Source of the DNA: Eledone cirrhosa
Taxonomy: Eukaryota
Length of the DNA stretch: 64,000 nt
Reading direction: 5' to 3'
Assembly (NCBI GenBank): GCA_964016885.1
Contig: OZ024740.1
Location: forward strand, 58,466,001-58,530,000
Shown: piece by piece, positions 41,885 to 54,419 of the stretch
Numbering within the stretch: position 1 is the first letter of the stretch
Layout of the letters: every line of letters starts with the position of its first letter
Notes under the pieces: model-generated
Told to the model about the DNA's origin: nothing
Databases searched by the model: none
The model's input: only the letters and a program-made list of their open reading frames with translations
Made by a program: the position numbers and the translations under genes

Positions 41885-42197
41885 TTGGCTGGAATTTGCA
41901 GACAACATGGCGTTACTTAACTCAACAGAAAGTGATCTCTGACTTGCACTTGATAAGTTTTGTTGCCAAGTGCTGCATGGCTGGAATAAAAATCAGTGTT
42001 GTGAAAACTGAGACACTCATCCTCTCAAGGGAGCCTGCACAGTGCACCCTACATGTGAATAGAATTATACTGAAGCAAGTATCTCAAGGTTATATTCATG
42101 AGTGATGGAAGGCAGGAGTTGATGCAGTAATGTTCCAGATTCAACACTCAGTAATCAGAAGAAGGGAGGTAGGAGTAAAAGCCAAACTTGCTATATT
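41885..42197 (+). mobile_element. Rex3-like RTE family C fragment
   Basis: Colinear with 27050-27372 (FADNMALL..AGIKISVVKTETLIL). Confidence 0.8.
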
Positions 42198-43963
42198 GAA
42201 AATATTAGAAGAAATAATGATATTCTAATAACATCTTTTAAACACTGTAGCCTCATTAGTTCCAAATATTGTACTGGAATGCTCAATACCACCAACAATA
42301 TACGCTAAGGAACAGAGCTGTTTTGCTCTAATCAACTCCTCCTTACCCTCTCCCTGCCACACAGGCTACTACCAGAATCTACAAGCATACAGTAATATGT
42401 TGGAAAGCGGGGAATGTACATTATGTTAATACTGTCACTTCATACAATTAATTACTGCATGTTGGATTATGCAGTATGGTCTTAACTCTATGGAGATATG
42501 ATATAACTAGGAAGATGGATTTGTGCTTGTCATTTGGCTGGCTACCTATATGTCACTGGACTACTTGATCAAGGTTAACCTAGATCTACACAATAAGTCT
42601 AACAATTAAAGGAAATATTCTAATTTTCTGGACAGTTTTTTGATGCAGTATGTATGTGTGTGTGGGTGTGTATATAATTTGTGTGAAAGTATGTGATATT
42701 TATTTAGTCTGTGGCTGAAGGGTGTGACCAGTAGAGCTTAAAATTAATCAGAAAATTATATAACACTTGTCTGTATGTAATTATTATTTTGTCAGTGACC
42801 AATAAAGCTTAAAATTAATTTTAAAATATATAACTGCTTAATGATCATATGAATTTATCATAACGTAAATGTTTCAAAAAGCTACGAAGTTTACAAAGCA
42901 AAGGAAATTTAAAAAAATACTTTCTGTATGATATCTATTCGATATGAGAAAATGATTCAGTTTTCTATAATATACAATTATTACAAAAAAAAAATAATAA
43001 AATAAAAAGAAAAGAAAATTTTTGTTTCAATACTTTGTTTTGTTTCATATTTATTATTCCAAACTTAGAGCAATATGGTTAACTCAAATTCAAATTAGAT
43101 CAAACATATTTAACGATAAATGTTTTGATAATCTTTAAAAAGCATACTGTGTCAAACATGATCTCGGTTCAGTTATGAAAAACCATTAACCAAAAAAGCT
43201 CTCTCATCAGCATAAATACTAGTTGCTTTTACTGTTAACATAGATTTCTACATTTTTCAATACTCTCAATTCTGGTGAATTCAATTTCAAATCATTTTAG
43301 TTTATTGTTGATATCAATTTTTTTATACTTAGATGAAGCTTAGATTCTAGATTTTCCTTATTTTCGACTTGCTCATACTAAGCCAGTTTAACATCCTGCA
43401 CCATCAATTTTTCACCTGACAAATTCCTAAAATTCTTTAATCTTTCAAATATTTGCTCGTCACATTTTTTAATACTTGCATTTGAAGTGACAGGAAAAAA
43501 GTGTCAATTTGCAGCAATTTTAGGCTATGGAAGAATGATGTAAGAGTAACAGCTTCAATTTGTTTCTTAGGAGAATATCATTTCATGAGCAGATTTTCTC
43601 TGCAGAACACAAATTTTAAAGAATAATTCTGATAGGGCCATTGGTAACCACAAAGCTTAGCAGAGAATTCTATTCAGCATTTAATTTTATCTCCTTCAAT
43701 CCTAAAAGGTGTGCATTCTACATATTCTTTACATTCAGAAACCTTTCTCTCATGGTTAAAAGACTTTTCCAACATGTTTTACAATCAAGTATACATTTCA
43801 TTTCTTTTCCATACTCACATTTAAAAACACTCTTGTAACTGCTCATTTTTTAAAGCGAGATTTGCAAAATATTTTGCATATTTTTAAAACTTAGATTTGT
43901 AGTCTTTTGAAGCTCTTGGAAAAGATTCATTTTCATAGCTATCCATGAAATTCAACAACCGAT

Positions 43964-44123
43964 GCAGGCACGGTAGTGTGGTTAAGAAATTTGTTTTGCA
44001 GCCACATGGTTTGGGGTTCAATCATATTATGTGGCACTTAGGGCAAGTATCTTTTACTATAGCCTCAAGTTGATTAATGCTTTGTGGGTGAAATATGGTA
44101 GATAGAAACTGAGTGGACAGCCA
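43964..44123 (+). mobile_element. tRNA-derived SINE family B
   Basis: GGTAGTGTGGTTAAG, GGTTCAATC, GGGCAAGT.TCTT.TACTATAGCC; other copies near 22205-22347, 46160-46260, 47318-47460, 54905-55040, 58800-58935 (all minus). Confidence 0.78.
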
Positions 44124-44289
44124 CCATTTTGGCTATGCTGTGACACTACCTTCAAGGGATTTAATCGATCATATCGATTCCAGAATTATCACCTTTTTAT
44201 GCTTTTTTGTCAGACTGCTGCGTTACAGGACATAAGTAAATACAGACATCATCATCAACTACAACAGGAAGAATGGATGATAAATATTG

Positions 44290-44440
44290 TCCCATAACCT
44301 AGTGGTTTGAGAAAAAGCAATCGATAAAATTAGTACTAGACATTAAAAAACAAATAATGGGGTTAATACGATCAACTAAATTCCTTTGAAGGTGGTGCCT
44401 CAGCATAGCCACAGTCAAATGACCGAAACCAGTAAAAGTG
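44290..44440 (+). mobile_element. SINE 3' portion (family E)
   Basis: GAAGGTGGTGCCTCAGCATAGCCACAGTCAAATGACCGAAACCAGTAAAAG; inverted relatives near 21990-22140, 44128-44240, 47075-47220. Confidence 0.6.
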
Positions 44441-47400
44441 ATAGTTTGACAAATCAAGGATTTTCATCTTCATGAACTAAGTTTTCAGTCTCTCCATTAG
44501 AATCTTCAACGATAACATCATTTTTTTTTGCATACAGTACATCACAAACAGCTGAAAGAATAGTGTGAGAACACATTATTGGTGAAAGATTAAATTTCTT
44601 TCACAATTAATGAAGCTTCATTTGTTGTGCAACCAACTATATGCAGATTTAAATTGAGGCCAAACACTTCTAATTTCTTAGAAGCTATTTCAGCAGTTCA
44701 AGTTCTATTAATTAACCCACTCAGTTTAACAGGGCCGAGAGACAAATGCTTTGTTTCCCCATGAACATAAATATTAATATATCTTCTGTTTGACAATGAT
44801 GGGTATTCATCCATTGTTGAAGAAAATCTAACTCCTAATTTAACTTGATTCTTAAAATAAGAATGTGAATTGTTTTTCTTTTCAGCTGTGTAATTAAACA
44901 CCATATTTCTATCACTTTCGGCATTGGTAGGAGTTTTGTTGTAATTGGATATTTTGAAACCATCTTGTATGAATGAACTATTAGCAATCCATTTAAAACT
45001 AAAACCTTTTTTTACCGGTTAATCTTAGAAAAGCAGCTTCTTCAATAGACTTTTGTTTTTTAGTAAACTTCTATTTAGTCTATTTATAAAATGCCTGGTT
45101 CACTAACTTTATTTCACTGTCTTCTACATCATGAACAACATTCAATTGATAAGATAAAACTGGTATAGAATGGCTTTCACATCATAATACTTTAGAACAA
45201 GGGATACACCCTGCTTCATCCTTATTCTTTCTATTAATATGACACCATACATTAGATTTAGTCTTCTTATGCATCATATATGTTGGGTAATACAAATTTG
45301 ATTTATTGCACATGTGTTGAATTGTGTTCAGTTCAGACTTGAGACAAAAAAAGTGAATAATCATTGACAAGGCTGGAACACAAGGATATTTATTGGAAAA
45401 TTAGCCAGCATATTTATGCATGGTGAAAACGTTTTCAGATGTTACATTGCATTATACTTAGCTGATTTAGTGTAGTCAGATTTAACAAGACACAGAAATA
45501 TAGCATATTTATTATGAAAAATATTAGGCACAAAGTCTGAGCTTTTAGCATAACACTCTTTAATAAATTTTGATTTCATTTTTATAGCACTAAATTGTAA
45601 TAACAAACTAAAAAAATATGCATTAGCATAAAATAGATTTTCTTGCTAAAAATGATATAAAGACATTAAAATAGTATGCCTGAGTATGTAATGAACAATA
45701 GTGGTTTTGGTATGCTAAAATATGAAATAAAAAGGTTAACTATCTTTTCTTTTAACTTTTGAGATTTTTTAGGACAGTTATGAAGCAAATTTCCTTTGGC
45801 TGATTTTAAACCCCAGTGACTATATCTCTTTGAAGACTTAGATGCAGTTTATATCTAATTTGAATTTCTCTAACTTGATGCTTAATGCAGGGAAGCATTT
45901 ATTGAAGGGAGAATGTTCTGTATTTGGCTTGGCATGTTGATAAGAAGATTAGTAGTGTGTGCATGAAGTAAATTTGGTTGGAGGTGGTAACAACATTTCT
46001 CTAGAAATGTTGTTACCACCTCCAACCAAAAGCTGAGAGTACATACAATGTACCAGTAATCTAGCATTATAATAGGTGAAACATTCTTTATCAATCAGTT
46101 GTTTACATTCTTTGCCAATATATTGTGAAAGATTTTAACAAATAGGCATACATATGCATCTATGGTTCTGACTATCAAATTCCCCTCACAAGATCAGCTT
46201 GAGGCTATAGTAGAAGACACATAATTGCAAAACAAATATTTTTACCATACAGCCATGCCCTGACTTGTGAGCAACACCTTAATTAACTCTTAACTACCTT
46301 TAATGATTTAATAGAAAATATATGAAAACAGGTTTGTTCATTCAAATATTTAGAGTGTTTTTACTACTGGATAGATCATTGTGAAAATTTGCAGTGTTAG
46401 ACAAACGATTTCTACTTTTAATGTGATGCAGTCATGATGCTGTTTTCTATTTTCAAGAATGTTTGCTAATATAGTTTTATGTGCTACAAGATGTGAAGAG
46501 TTAATGTAGAAGGTTAGCTACTTCTCAAAGCTGATGTATGTTTGAATGTCTGTATTCATGTGTGCATGTGTTTGTTTCTGGTAGATGTGAGATGAATAAA
46601 TTCTTGAACTACTTATGGATTATTAGTTTAAATCTACTGTTGATGCAGAACACTTTATTCTATATCATCTTAATTTACCTCACTGTTGGAAATATATATT
46701 GTATGCTTTTGAGATATTGATTTCTAATTTAGGCACAAGGCCAGCAAATCTGGGTGAAGGGCAAAGTTAATTAAATGAATGCAAGCACTTGACTGTTACT
46801 TTATTTTATCAAAGGATGAAAGGCAAATTTGACCTTGGTGAGATTTGAATTTAGAATACAAAGAGTCAGAATAAATACACCAATATCATTTTATCCAATG
46901 TTTAGCAATTCTACCAATCCTTGCTCGGAAATATTATCTGTGATATACAAATAGCAAGAGGCAGTGCTAGAGAGGACCAATCTAAGCCATGCAAACTTGA
47001 GAAAATGGACACAAAAAGGATGATGATAAGTGTGTGTTTGCATATGTTTGGTTGTGTGTGTGTGTGTGACTGTATATTCTTTTAGTCTTTTAGTTCCAAA
47101 CATGTGACTGTGGTCATGCTAGGGCACTGCCTTAAAGTTGTTCATCTCTACACCCAGTACATGTTTTTCCTAGACTAGCATGATCTCATTTTGCCAAACC
47201 ACTAAGTTATGGAACATGAACAACAGAAACTCAATTGTAAACACACACACACACACACACATACACACATTTATATATATGTGTGTGTGAGTATATACAT
47301 GTACACACAATGGGTTATTGCAGTTTCCGTCTACCAAATTTCACTCAGAAGGCATTAGTCAACCTGAAGTTATAGTAGAAGACACTTGCCCAAGGTGCTG

Positions 47401-47996
47401 AGCAGTGGGACTGAATCCAAAATCACATGCTTGCAAAGCGATCTACTTAACCACACAGCTAACCCCGAATATGAATATTTAAACTTGTCACAAGTTTTGA
47501 CTTACCGATTTTGTTGTGAAATAAATTAGTAAGTTAGTCATGTTGTATCAGAGGTCATTGTAGTTAAAGTCTTTGTCGGTGTGTTTTAAGTTCTGGTTTG
47601 CTAGTTGTTATTTTGTTTTTTTACTTGGTAGGGAGGTTGCTTTACTGTTTTAATGTACATTTCATTATTTTTCTTAGAAACTGCGAAGACACTTTCTATT
47701 TTAGTTTCCCAAAACATATATTTGGAACTTCTTTGATGCTATCTCTAATCAATGTACCATGATTCCTGTAATGTTTTCCCACCCCCTTTACTAAATTACA
47801 ACTATCTAACTGAACATGGCTCTATTTATATTTCTCAATTTTGTTTTTAGTGTCAAATGCCAGCTTGTAATTTTCTTTTTGTTTTGTTTTTGTAAATCTG
47901 TGGATCTATCTCATTTTGTCTTCGATTTATTCTGTTTATTTATTCAGTATTTTTTATGACATACATATATATCATAATCACATCATTTTCACTTCC

Positions 47997-48050
47997 TGTG
48001 TGTGTATGTGTATATATATTTGTGTGTGTATGTATATATATATATATTTA

Positions 48051-48099
<49 letters not shown>

Positions 48100-48104
48100 G
48101 TGTG

Positions 48105-48145
<41 letters not shown>

Positions 48146-48309
48146 ATGTGTATATATATGTATGTATGTATATGTGTATATATATGTATGTATGTATATG
48201 TGTGTATATATATGTATGTATGTATATGAGTGTATATATATGTATGTATATGTGTATATATATATATATATATGTATGTATATGTGTGTGTATATATATC
48301 ATCATCATC

Positions 48310-48361
<52 letters not shown>
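47997..48361. repeat. Complex (TA)n/(TG)n/(TATG)n microsatellite
   Basis: Direct reading; explains four spurious ORFs. Confidence 0.97.
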
Positions 48362-48771
48362 CATTAATGTGTCTACAGATTAAAAATGTGTATATTTATA
48401 TACACATTGTTGCAGTCTCAGTTACGCACTCTGTATTGATACAGATATAACTATATATATATATATATACATCATGTGTGTGTTGTAATAGTGTTAACAA
48501 AAGAAGTATTTGTTAGATAGAAGGATATTTGGTAAAAATAACAGAATGTATTCACCAAATACCTCTGCCATGTGTTGAAAATACAGAGACATTAAAGAAG
48601 CAATAAAGTAGAAAATAGTTGATATGTTTAGATCAAAGGTATGTAATGAAATACATATAAATCAAATATTGCTATATGTATCCTTACTTCACATGAATAT
48701 ACAAATTGGTTTCGTTTTTCTCATACACATAAAGAACACAAAAAACACTGTCCTGTAATAACCATTCCATT

Positions 48772-48858
48772 ATGATTGTTGTTGTTATTATTATTATCAT
48801 TATTATTAATATTATTTTATTATTTTTGTTATTGTTATTCCTTGAATCTCAATTATTA

Positions 48859-48906
<48 letters not shown>

Positions 48907-48921
48907 TTATCATTACTAGTT

Positions 48922-48957
<36 letters not shown>
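48772..48957. repeat. (TTA)n-(GTA)n trinucleotide microsatellite
   Basis: Direct reading. Confidence 0.95.
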
Positions 48958-49664
48958 ATGCTTTGATATAAAAAAAACATGGAACCTGAGAGTTTTAGAA
49001 TGAGAAAAGTAGGAAGTTTTGATACCTATGTTTATCATAGCAGCATTAGTGATGTGGGTTTGATTGAAAGTCCAGGTTGTGAACATACTTTACTGGGAAC
49101 TGAGAACTGCCTCATAACTCCCTAGCAATAATAACAATAATGAATCTCCTGGAATAAGGCTTTCTGTGAGGGAAGCAGGTGAACTAAATTATATCATAGA
49201 AAGATAAAAGGTTAGTTCCATTCAGTGGTATTTGAATATTGAAATGAGAGAGAGACATGTCTTGATGTAAAACATAATCTCTAGTAGTGCTCTACTGGTT
49301 GCAGAAGCTCGTCTGTCATTATGATAATAATAATAATTTTGGTAATAATAGCAAAACATTAGCAATATTCAAAAAAATATTCCGAATGTGAATAACACTG
49401 TACCAGTCTTTTTTTTCTTCTTTCTTTGTGGAAATGCTTTCACCATTTTTTCCATGGGGCACAATTGAGATTTGTCACCTAACATGGTTTTAAAGAGTCT
49501 ACCCCTCTCTTCCATATTTAATTTTTTCCTCTCTATTTGCTTATGATGTGAAATATTTATGTAAATGAAGGAACTGATGTTTGTCTAGTTGGAAATATAA
49601 ATTTTATTATTAAAATAAGACTGATAAACGATTTTTTGAATTAATCCTTTCATTATCATATTTC

Positions 49665-49994
49665 CAGCATTTTGTTGAAAGATGGGTGAGAGAGGCAAGA
49701 ATAGCTTGAGTGAATGGGCCTACTCTGATTATGTGCCTGTAAATTGAAGGTAGAAAACTGGGAGAGGGCATTTGCCCTGGTGGTCAGGGTCACCGTGGCT
49801 TTTTTTTAATGGGCTTTCTCCACGATGGCTCTCGGAAGTCTCCCCCCTATTGCAGAACTTTTCATAGTTCCTTTTTTGTTACATCCCCTGTTTTTGTTTT
49901 TTTTACATGCAGAAATGCCCATTTGTACCGTCCTGTACTGTCCTAAATGTCTTACTTTGTGTAAACCCTTGTGGTTAATAAAGAAATCATTATT
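49665..49994 (+). mobile_element. Non-LTR retrotransposon 3' end (L1/Tx1-like?) with 7-bp TSD inside an M3 MITE
   Basis: ATATTTC repeated at 49658-49664 and 49995-50001; ends AATAAAGAAATCATTATT; similar 3' ends near 3955-4080 and 61840-61935. Confidence 0.6.
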
Positions 49995-50895
49995 ATATTT
50001 CTAATGAAAGACACTGCCTATGATTTTGAAAATAACTAACAATTTGGAGGAATTTGGTAATATTACGAATTTTCTCATTATTAAACTAGTATTTGGAGCA
50101 TAAATTAACAAATACGTTTTTTTTTAGATTAATATAAGCACTTTAAAATAAACACCTTTGTATCTTTGAACTATGGATGGTTTCAGGTGTTTAAGTGTGG
50201 TAGATAGCAGAATTAGTTAAGCACTAAAGTACCTTGTGGTATTTACTCATATATCTTTACAGTACCATGGCTTTTCGTCAAAGACTGTTTTATGGAAATG
50301 CCACTTTATTGAATGTTTCATTACACAAAATTTTATTGAAGTAACTATTTATCAAAAGGATAATTTTATAAAAGCTACTTTTGATAGTATAAGATTTTTT
50401 TGTAAAATAATTTTAACTATAGAACAATTTTTAATATAAAGTAAAAATAGAATTTCCATTAAAATAAATAATTTCAAAAAAACAAAGACATTAAGAGAAC
50501 TTAAACAATTCCTATCTGCACACCTTTCATGTTAAATGCAACAAATCTCAATGATTTTAAATATAGAATCATTTTTAATATGAGATAAAAATATAATTTC
50601 CATTTGAAAAATATTATTTTTAAAAATACTATAAGATAACTTGTTTAACATTTCTGTGATCTCTAACAATCATTAGATAAGTACATGTAAACATTTTCAA
50701 AGTCTCATCTGTTTGTTTCAACCCTTTCATTACTGTTTTTCTAATAAAATACACTTTTTGTTTTCAAATAATCAAGAATTTAGAGGGATTTAGTTATATA
50801 GCTAATTTTTTCATTATTAAGTTGGTGTTTAGAAAATAATGTAGAATTATAATAGAAAGTGTAAATATTTATTCCCAAATTAGTTGTGCTATAAC

Positions 50896-51463
50896 TTGGT
50901 GCTCAGTGGTGCTAAGTGCACCAACGTCATTTCTAACACAATTTTCTTCAACAACATCTTGATTCACACTAACACACTGCCTTGCAATTCAGAACACTTC
51001 ACATCTCTGATCCTCACGTCTCATGACATTGGAAAATTTATACATGTTTCCTAGCTTCTTTCTTAGCTACTTGGTACCTGTCTCTGCTACCCACATTTTT
51101 CCAGTCTCTCCATGCCTGTCCCTTGGCTTTAATGGCTGCATCTACGGCGCTGTTCCATCACCAGGTCATCCTCAGTCTGGCTGGCGCTTTACTCCAACAT
51201 CAAGTCACGCCAGTAGTTCGCAAAAGGTTGTCGCATAAGAATTTCCAGTTGTCCTATACGTTATATGTATCTAGCTCATCATCCCTCTCATCAAGTGCAT
51301 CCTGTAGGGCCTTTCTAAACCTATATTCAACTGAGAGAAGTCTTTTAGCTTCCACACCCTCTGTCACCATATTTTCCTGCATGTCTTGTTCTGTCTTTTG
51401 TTTATTTTGATGTCACTAATAACTAACTTTTACTGGGCAGTGCATCCTTCCCCAGGGAAGACC
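50896..51463 (-). mobile_element. Internal fragment of a decayed RTE (endonuclease-RT linker)
   Basis: Reverse complement colinear with about 10935-11515. Confidence 0.8.
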
Positions 51464-51489
51464 ATTTGTTTCTTTTGACTTTTCTTTTT

Positions 51490-51701
51490 CGTGAATCTTG
51501 GGTAATGACTGAAAGAATACTATCGTGAAAAGAATCAGCCAAAATGGGGTTCCACCAAAGGATCTTTGGAGTTATATTAGAGCACATAGCTCGGAGATCA
51601 AAGAATCATTCCAGGTAAAGCTGCTACTACTCTTGAGACTGTACATCCCTGATACTACAGGCATGGTCAGCATGTCTAAGGAAAGAATCACTGGACAGAT
51701 T
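51490..51701 (+). mobile_element. Rex3-like RTE family C fragment, left half
   Basis: Aligns with 27407-27623; continues at 54221. Confidence 0.75.
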
Positions 51702-54220
51702 CATCATCATCATCGTCTTCGTTTAACGTCCATCTTCCATGCTAGCATGGGTTAGATGGGAGTTGTCCCACTTTAGGCAAGGTTGGTCGGGTGATCATGT
51801 CTCGCTCATATAGGACTATCTGGCAGGTTTTCTACGGCTGGATGCCCTTCCTAACACCAAGCACATTTACAGTGTGGACTGGGAACTTTTTACTGTGTTA
51901 CCTACATTACAGCATGGACTGTGTGTTTTTTTTTATCGTGACACCTACATGATCTCAATCTCATTAACTCATTTATTTGGACTGAATGTTGTGGTACCAA
52001 CTTTACAGAGAGAGGGTGGTGTTGGTGGGAGTGGGAGGATAGAGTAGGGGTAGTGGATTGGGGTGTATATTTGGTTAAGAGGTGCCTACTGACTGTAGGT
52101 TTCGCTTTGTACATAGGCAAGGCGGGTCTTCTGTATTACTGCATAGCACCAAAGATCTCGGTCTTAGAGAGGTGCAAGTGTGTAAGGTCGAAATTTATCA
52201 AATCGTCCCAGGTTTTTCTGGGTCTACCTACTCCGTAACTTCCATCAATTTTGATCGCCCTGCACTTTTTTATACAGCTGTCGTCTTTCATGCGCCATCA
52301 CGTGACCATACCAACGTAGTCTTCTCTCAAGTAAACAGCATCTGATCCCTCTTATTCCTATTTTTCACTTAGTTCATTTATGCTTTGCCGTTCACGTATA
52401 TTACTATTACATATCCAATGGAGCATGCATGATTCGTTCCTTTCCAGTCTGCGCATGTCCTCTGGACACAATGCCCATGTCTCACTGCCATGTAACATTG
52501 CTGTTCATATACAGGCATCATACAATCTGCTTTTCATTTTCAGAGAGAAACCTTTTGTGGCCAACAGCGGTATGAGCTCTCTGAACTTTTTCCGACCCGT
52601 TCTGACTCTGGCTACTGTACTTTCAGAGCACCCTCCACCACTGCTGATTTTGTCACCCAGGTAACGGAAAGTGTCCACTATTTCTATAGAACCATTGGGC
52701 AATAGAAGGAGCTAGTATCCTGTGGGCACTTGCTGCTACTTATTGCACCTGAGCATCGGCCACATATAAAATCTACTTTCTTGGATAGTTTACCTGTGAT
52801 CCCACTACATCTTTTATGCACCCATACTTTGCATTTGGGACATAAAATGGAATTTCTGCCTACTCCTTTCCTACACACTGAGCATGGCCATTTCCCTGAG
52901 GGCACCTGTGCCCTATTTTCCTTTCTACAAACTAGAACTTTAGTCTTAGACAAGTTAACTTTATGGCCTTTTGATTTTAGGTCATGCTTCCATGTTTGGA
53001 ATTTCTTCTCTAGTTCAGCCATAGATTCAGCTATGAGAGTTAAATCATCTGTGTATAGGAGTTCCCATGGGCAGCTGGTCTTAAACTCCTCTGTTATAGC
53101 CTGAAGGGCAATAATAAATAGGAGGGGGCTAAGGACAGAGCCTTGATGAACACCAACTTTTACGCTAAATTCTTCACTATATTCCTTGTTAATTTTAAAC
53201 TTACTGACTGTTTCTTTATACATGGTTTGTATAGCTCTCACAAGCCATTCATCAACACCTAGTTTTCTAAGAGCCCACCAGATAATGGTGTGGGGGACGC
53301 TGTCAAAGGCTTTCTCCAGGTCTACAAAAGCTAAGTAGTGGGGTTTACTTTTAGCTAGGTACTTCTCCTGTAGTTGCCGTACAAGGAAAACTGCGCATGT
53401 GGTACTTTTACCTGACACAAGCCCAAACTGCATTTCATCTAGATCGATTTGATCTCTGATTAGTTGTGCTATAACTCTTTCTGCGACCTTCATGACCTGG
53501 TCAACTAACTTAATGCCTCTATGGTTTCCCCTATCTAGAGCATCTCCTTTACCCTTGTAGCAGTTAATGATGTTGCGGCTATGCCAATCATTTGGTATGA
53601 CCTCATTCTGTATGACTTGGTTTACTATCCGGGTGACCATAGTATGCCCCACCATTCCAGATGCTTTCAACATCTCAGCAACTATCTCCGAAGGCCCAGC
53701 TGCCTTGGATGTCTTCATATCTTTGATTGCCTTACTTATTATACTACCTTTAAGTTGCACCGCTGGTCCTTCTATTGGATCGATTTGGGGCAGAGTATCT
53801 TTTTCCCATTTATTCTCCTCATTTAATAGTCTCTCGTAGTGACACTTCTAAGCTACCTTCTTATCAGTATCAGTGATGGCAAGTACACCATTATCATTAC
53901 GGACACACTTTTCCCCTACAATATCATGGTTTTCCTTGACACATTGTCTAGCAATCCTGAACACCTCACATTGTAGAACATGCTTGAACTTTCTATCTTC
54001 TGCTTCCCTTTTTGCAAGGTACACTTGTCACCTAGCTTCTCTACTTCCCCCATCCTGCCTTACTTTCCAAGCCTGCTTTTTGGCCTTGATTGTCTCCTCC
54101 ACCTTACTGTTACACCACCAAATTACTCTCCTCCTGCCAATAGAATAGAATTCCCACTGTTCCTCTATATTGCACGTCTCTAATTGCTCTTCCTTATTGT
54201 CAAAGGCATCAAGTAATAAG
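51702..54220 (-). mobile_element. 5'-truncated RTE LINE family B with PHD-containing RT and long 3' UTR
   Basis: ORF 52684-53760 (FVDLEKAFD, GVHQGSVLSP, YTDD, C4HC3), ORF 52505-52702, about 390-bp 3' UTR, (GAT)n tail. Confidence 0.94.
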
Positions 54221-54419
54221 TATGGGCAAAACCAATTGGCAGGCGACCCAGAGGTAGACCCCTAGTGAGATGGTTAGATAGCATCTATGAGCTCAGCTGG
54301 TCTCACTTGGGGAGCTAGCTGGATCAATTGGAAACAGTTGCTTGACAAGAGCTACTGGAAGGTGTGCTTCAGGACTCTGCTCCAACAACCTTCCCAGGAA
54401 TAAGTGGGTGAAGAAGATG
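54221..54419 (+). mobile_element. Rex3-like RTE family C fragment, right half
   Basis: TATGGGCAAAACCAA..AGGAATAAGTGGGTGAAGAAG aligns with 27625-27820. Confidence 0.8.

Larger units (their letters stand above)
43130..45277 (-). pseudogene. Fragmented hAT transposase fossil (BED finger, catalytic core, dimerisation domain)
   Basis: KSNVWCH..AGCIPC (BED), RFSSTMDEY..RRYINIYVH, IVGCTTNEAS (TTDGAS-like), CSH..AVCDVLY, ILDCKTCWKSL (TRWNS-like), TVKATS..ERAF, in correct order on the minus strand; SINEs inserted at about 43960-44440. Confidence 0.85.

Noticed and set aside
47916-48450. ORFs of 75-164 aa rich in Y/I/C/V
   Set aside because: Translations of TA/TG microsatellite.
48772-48966. Poly-I/L/V ORF resembling a membrane peptide
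   Set aside because: Trinucleotide microsatellite.
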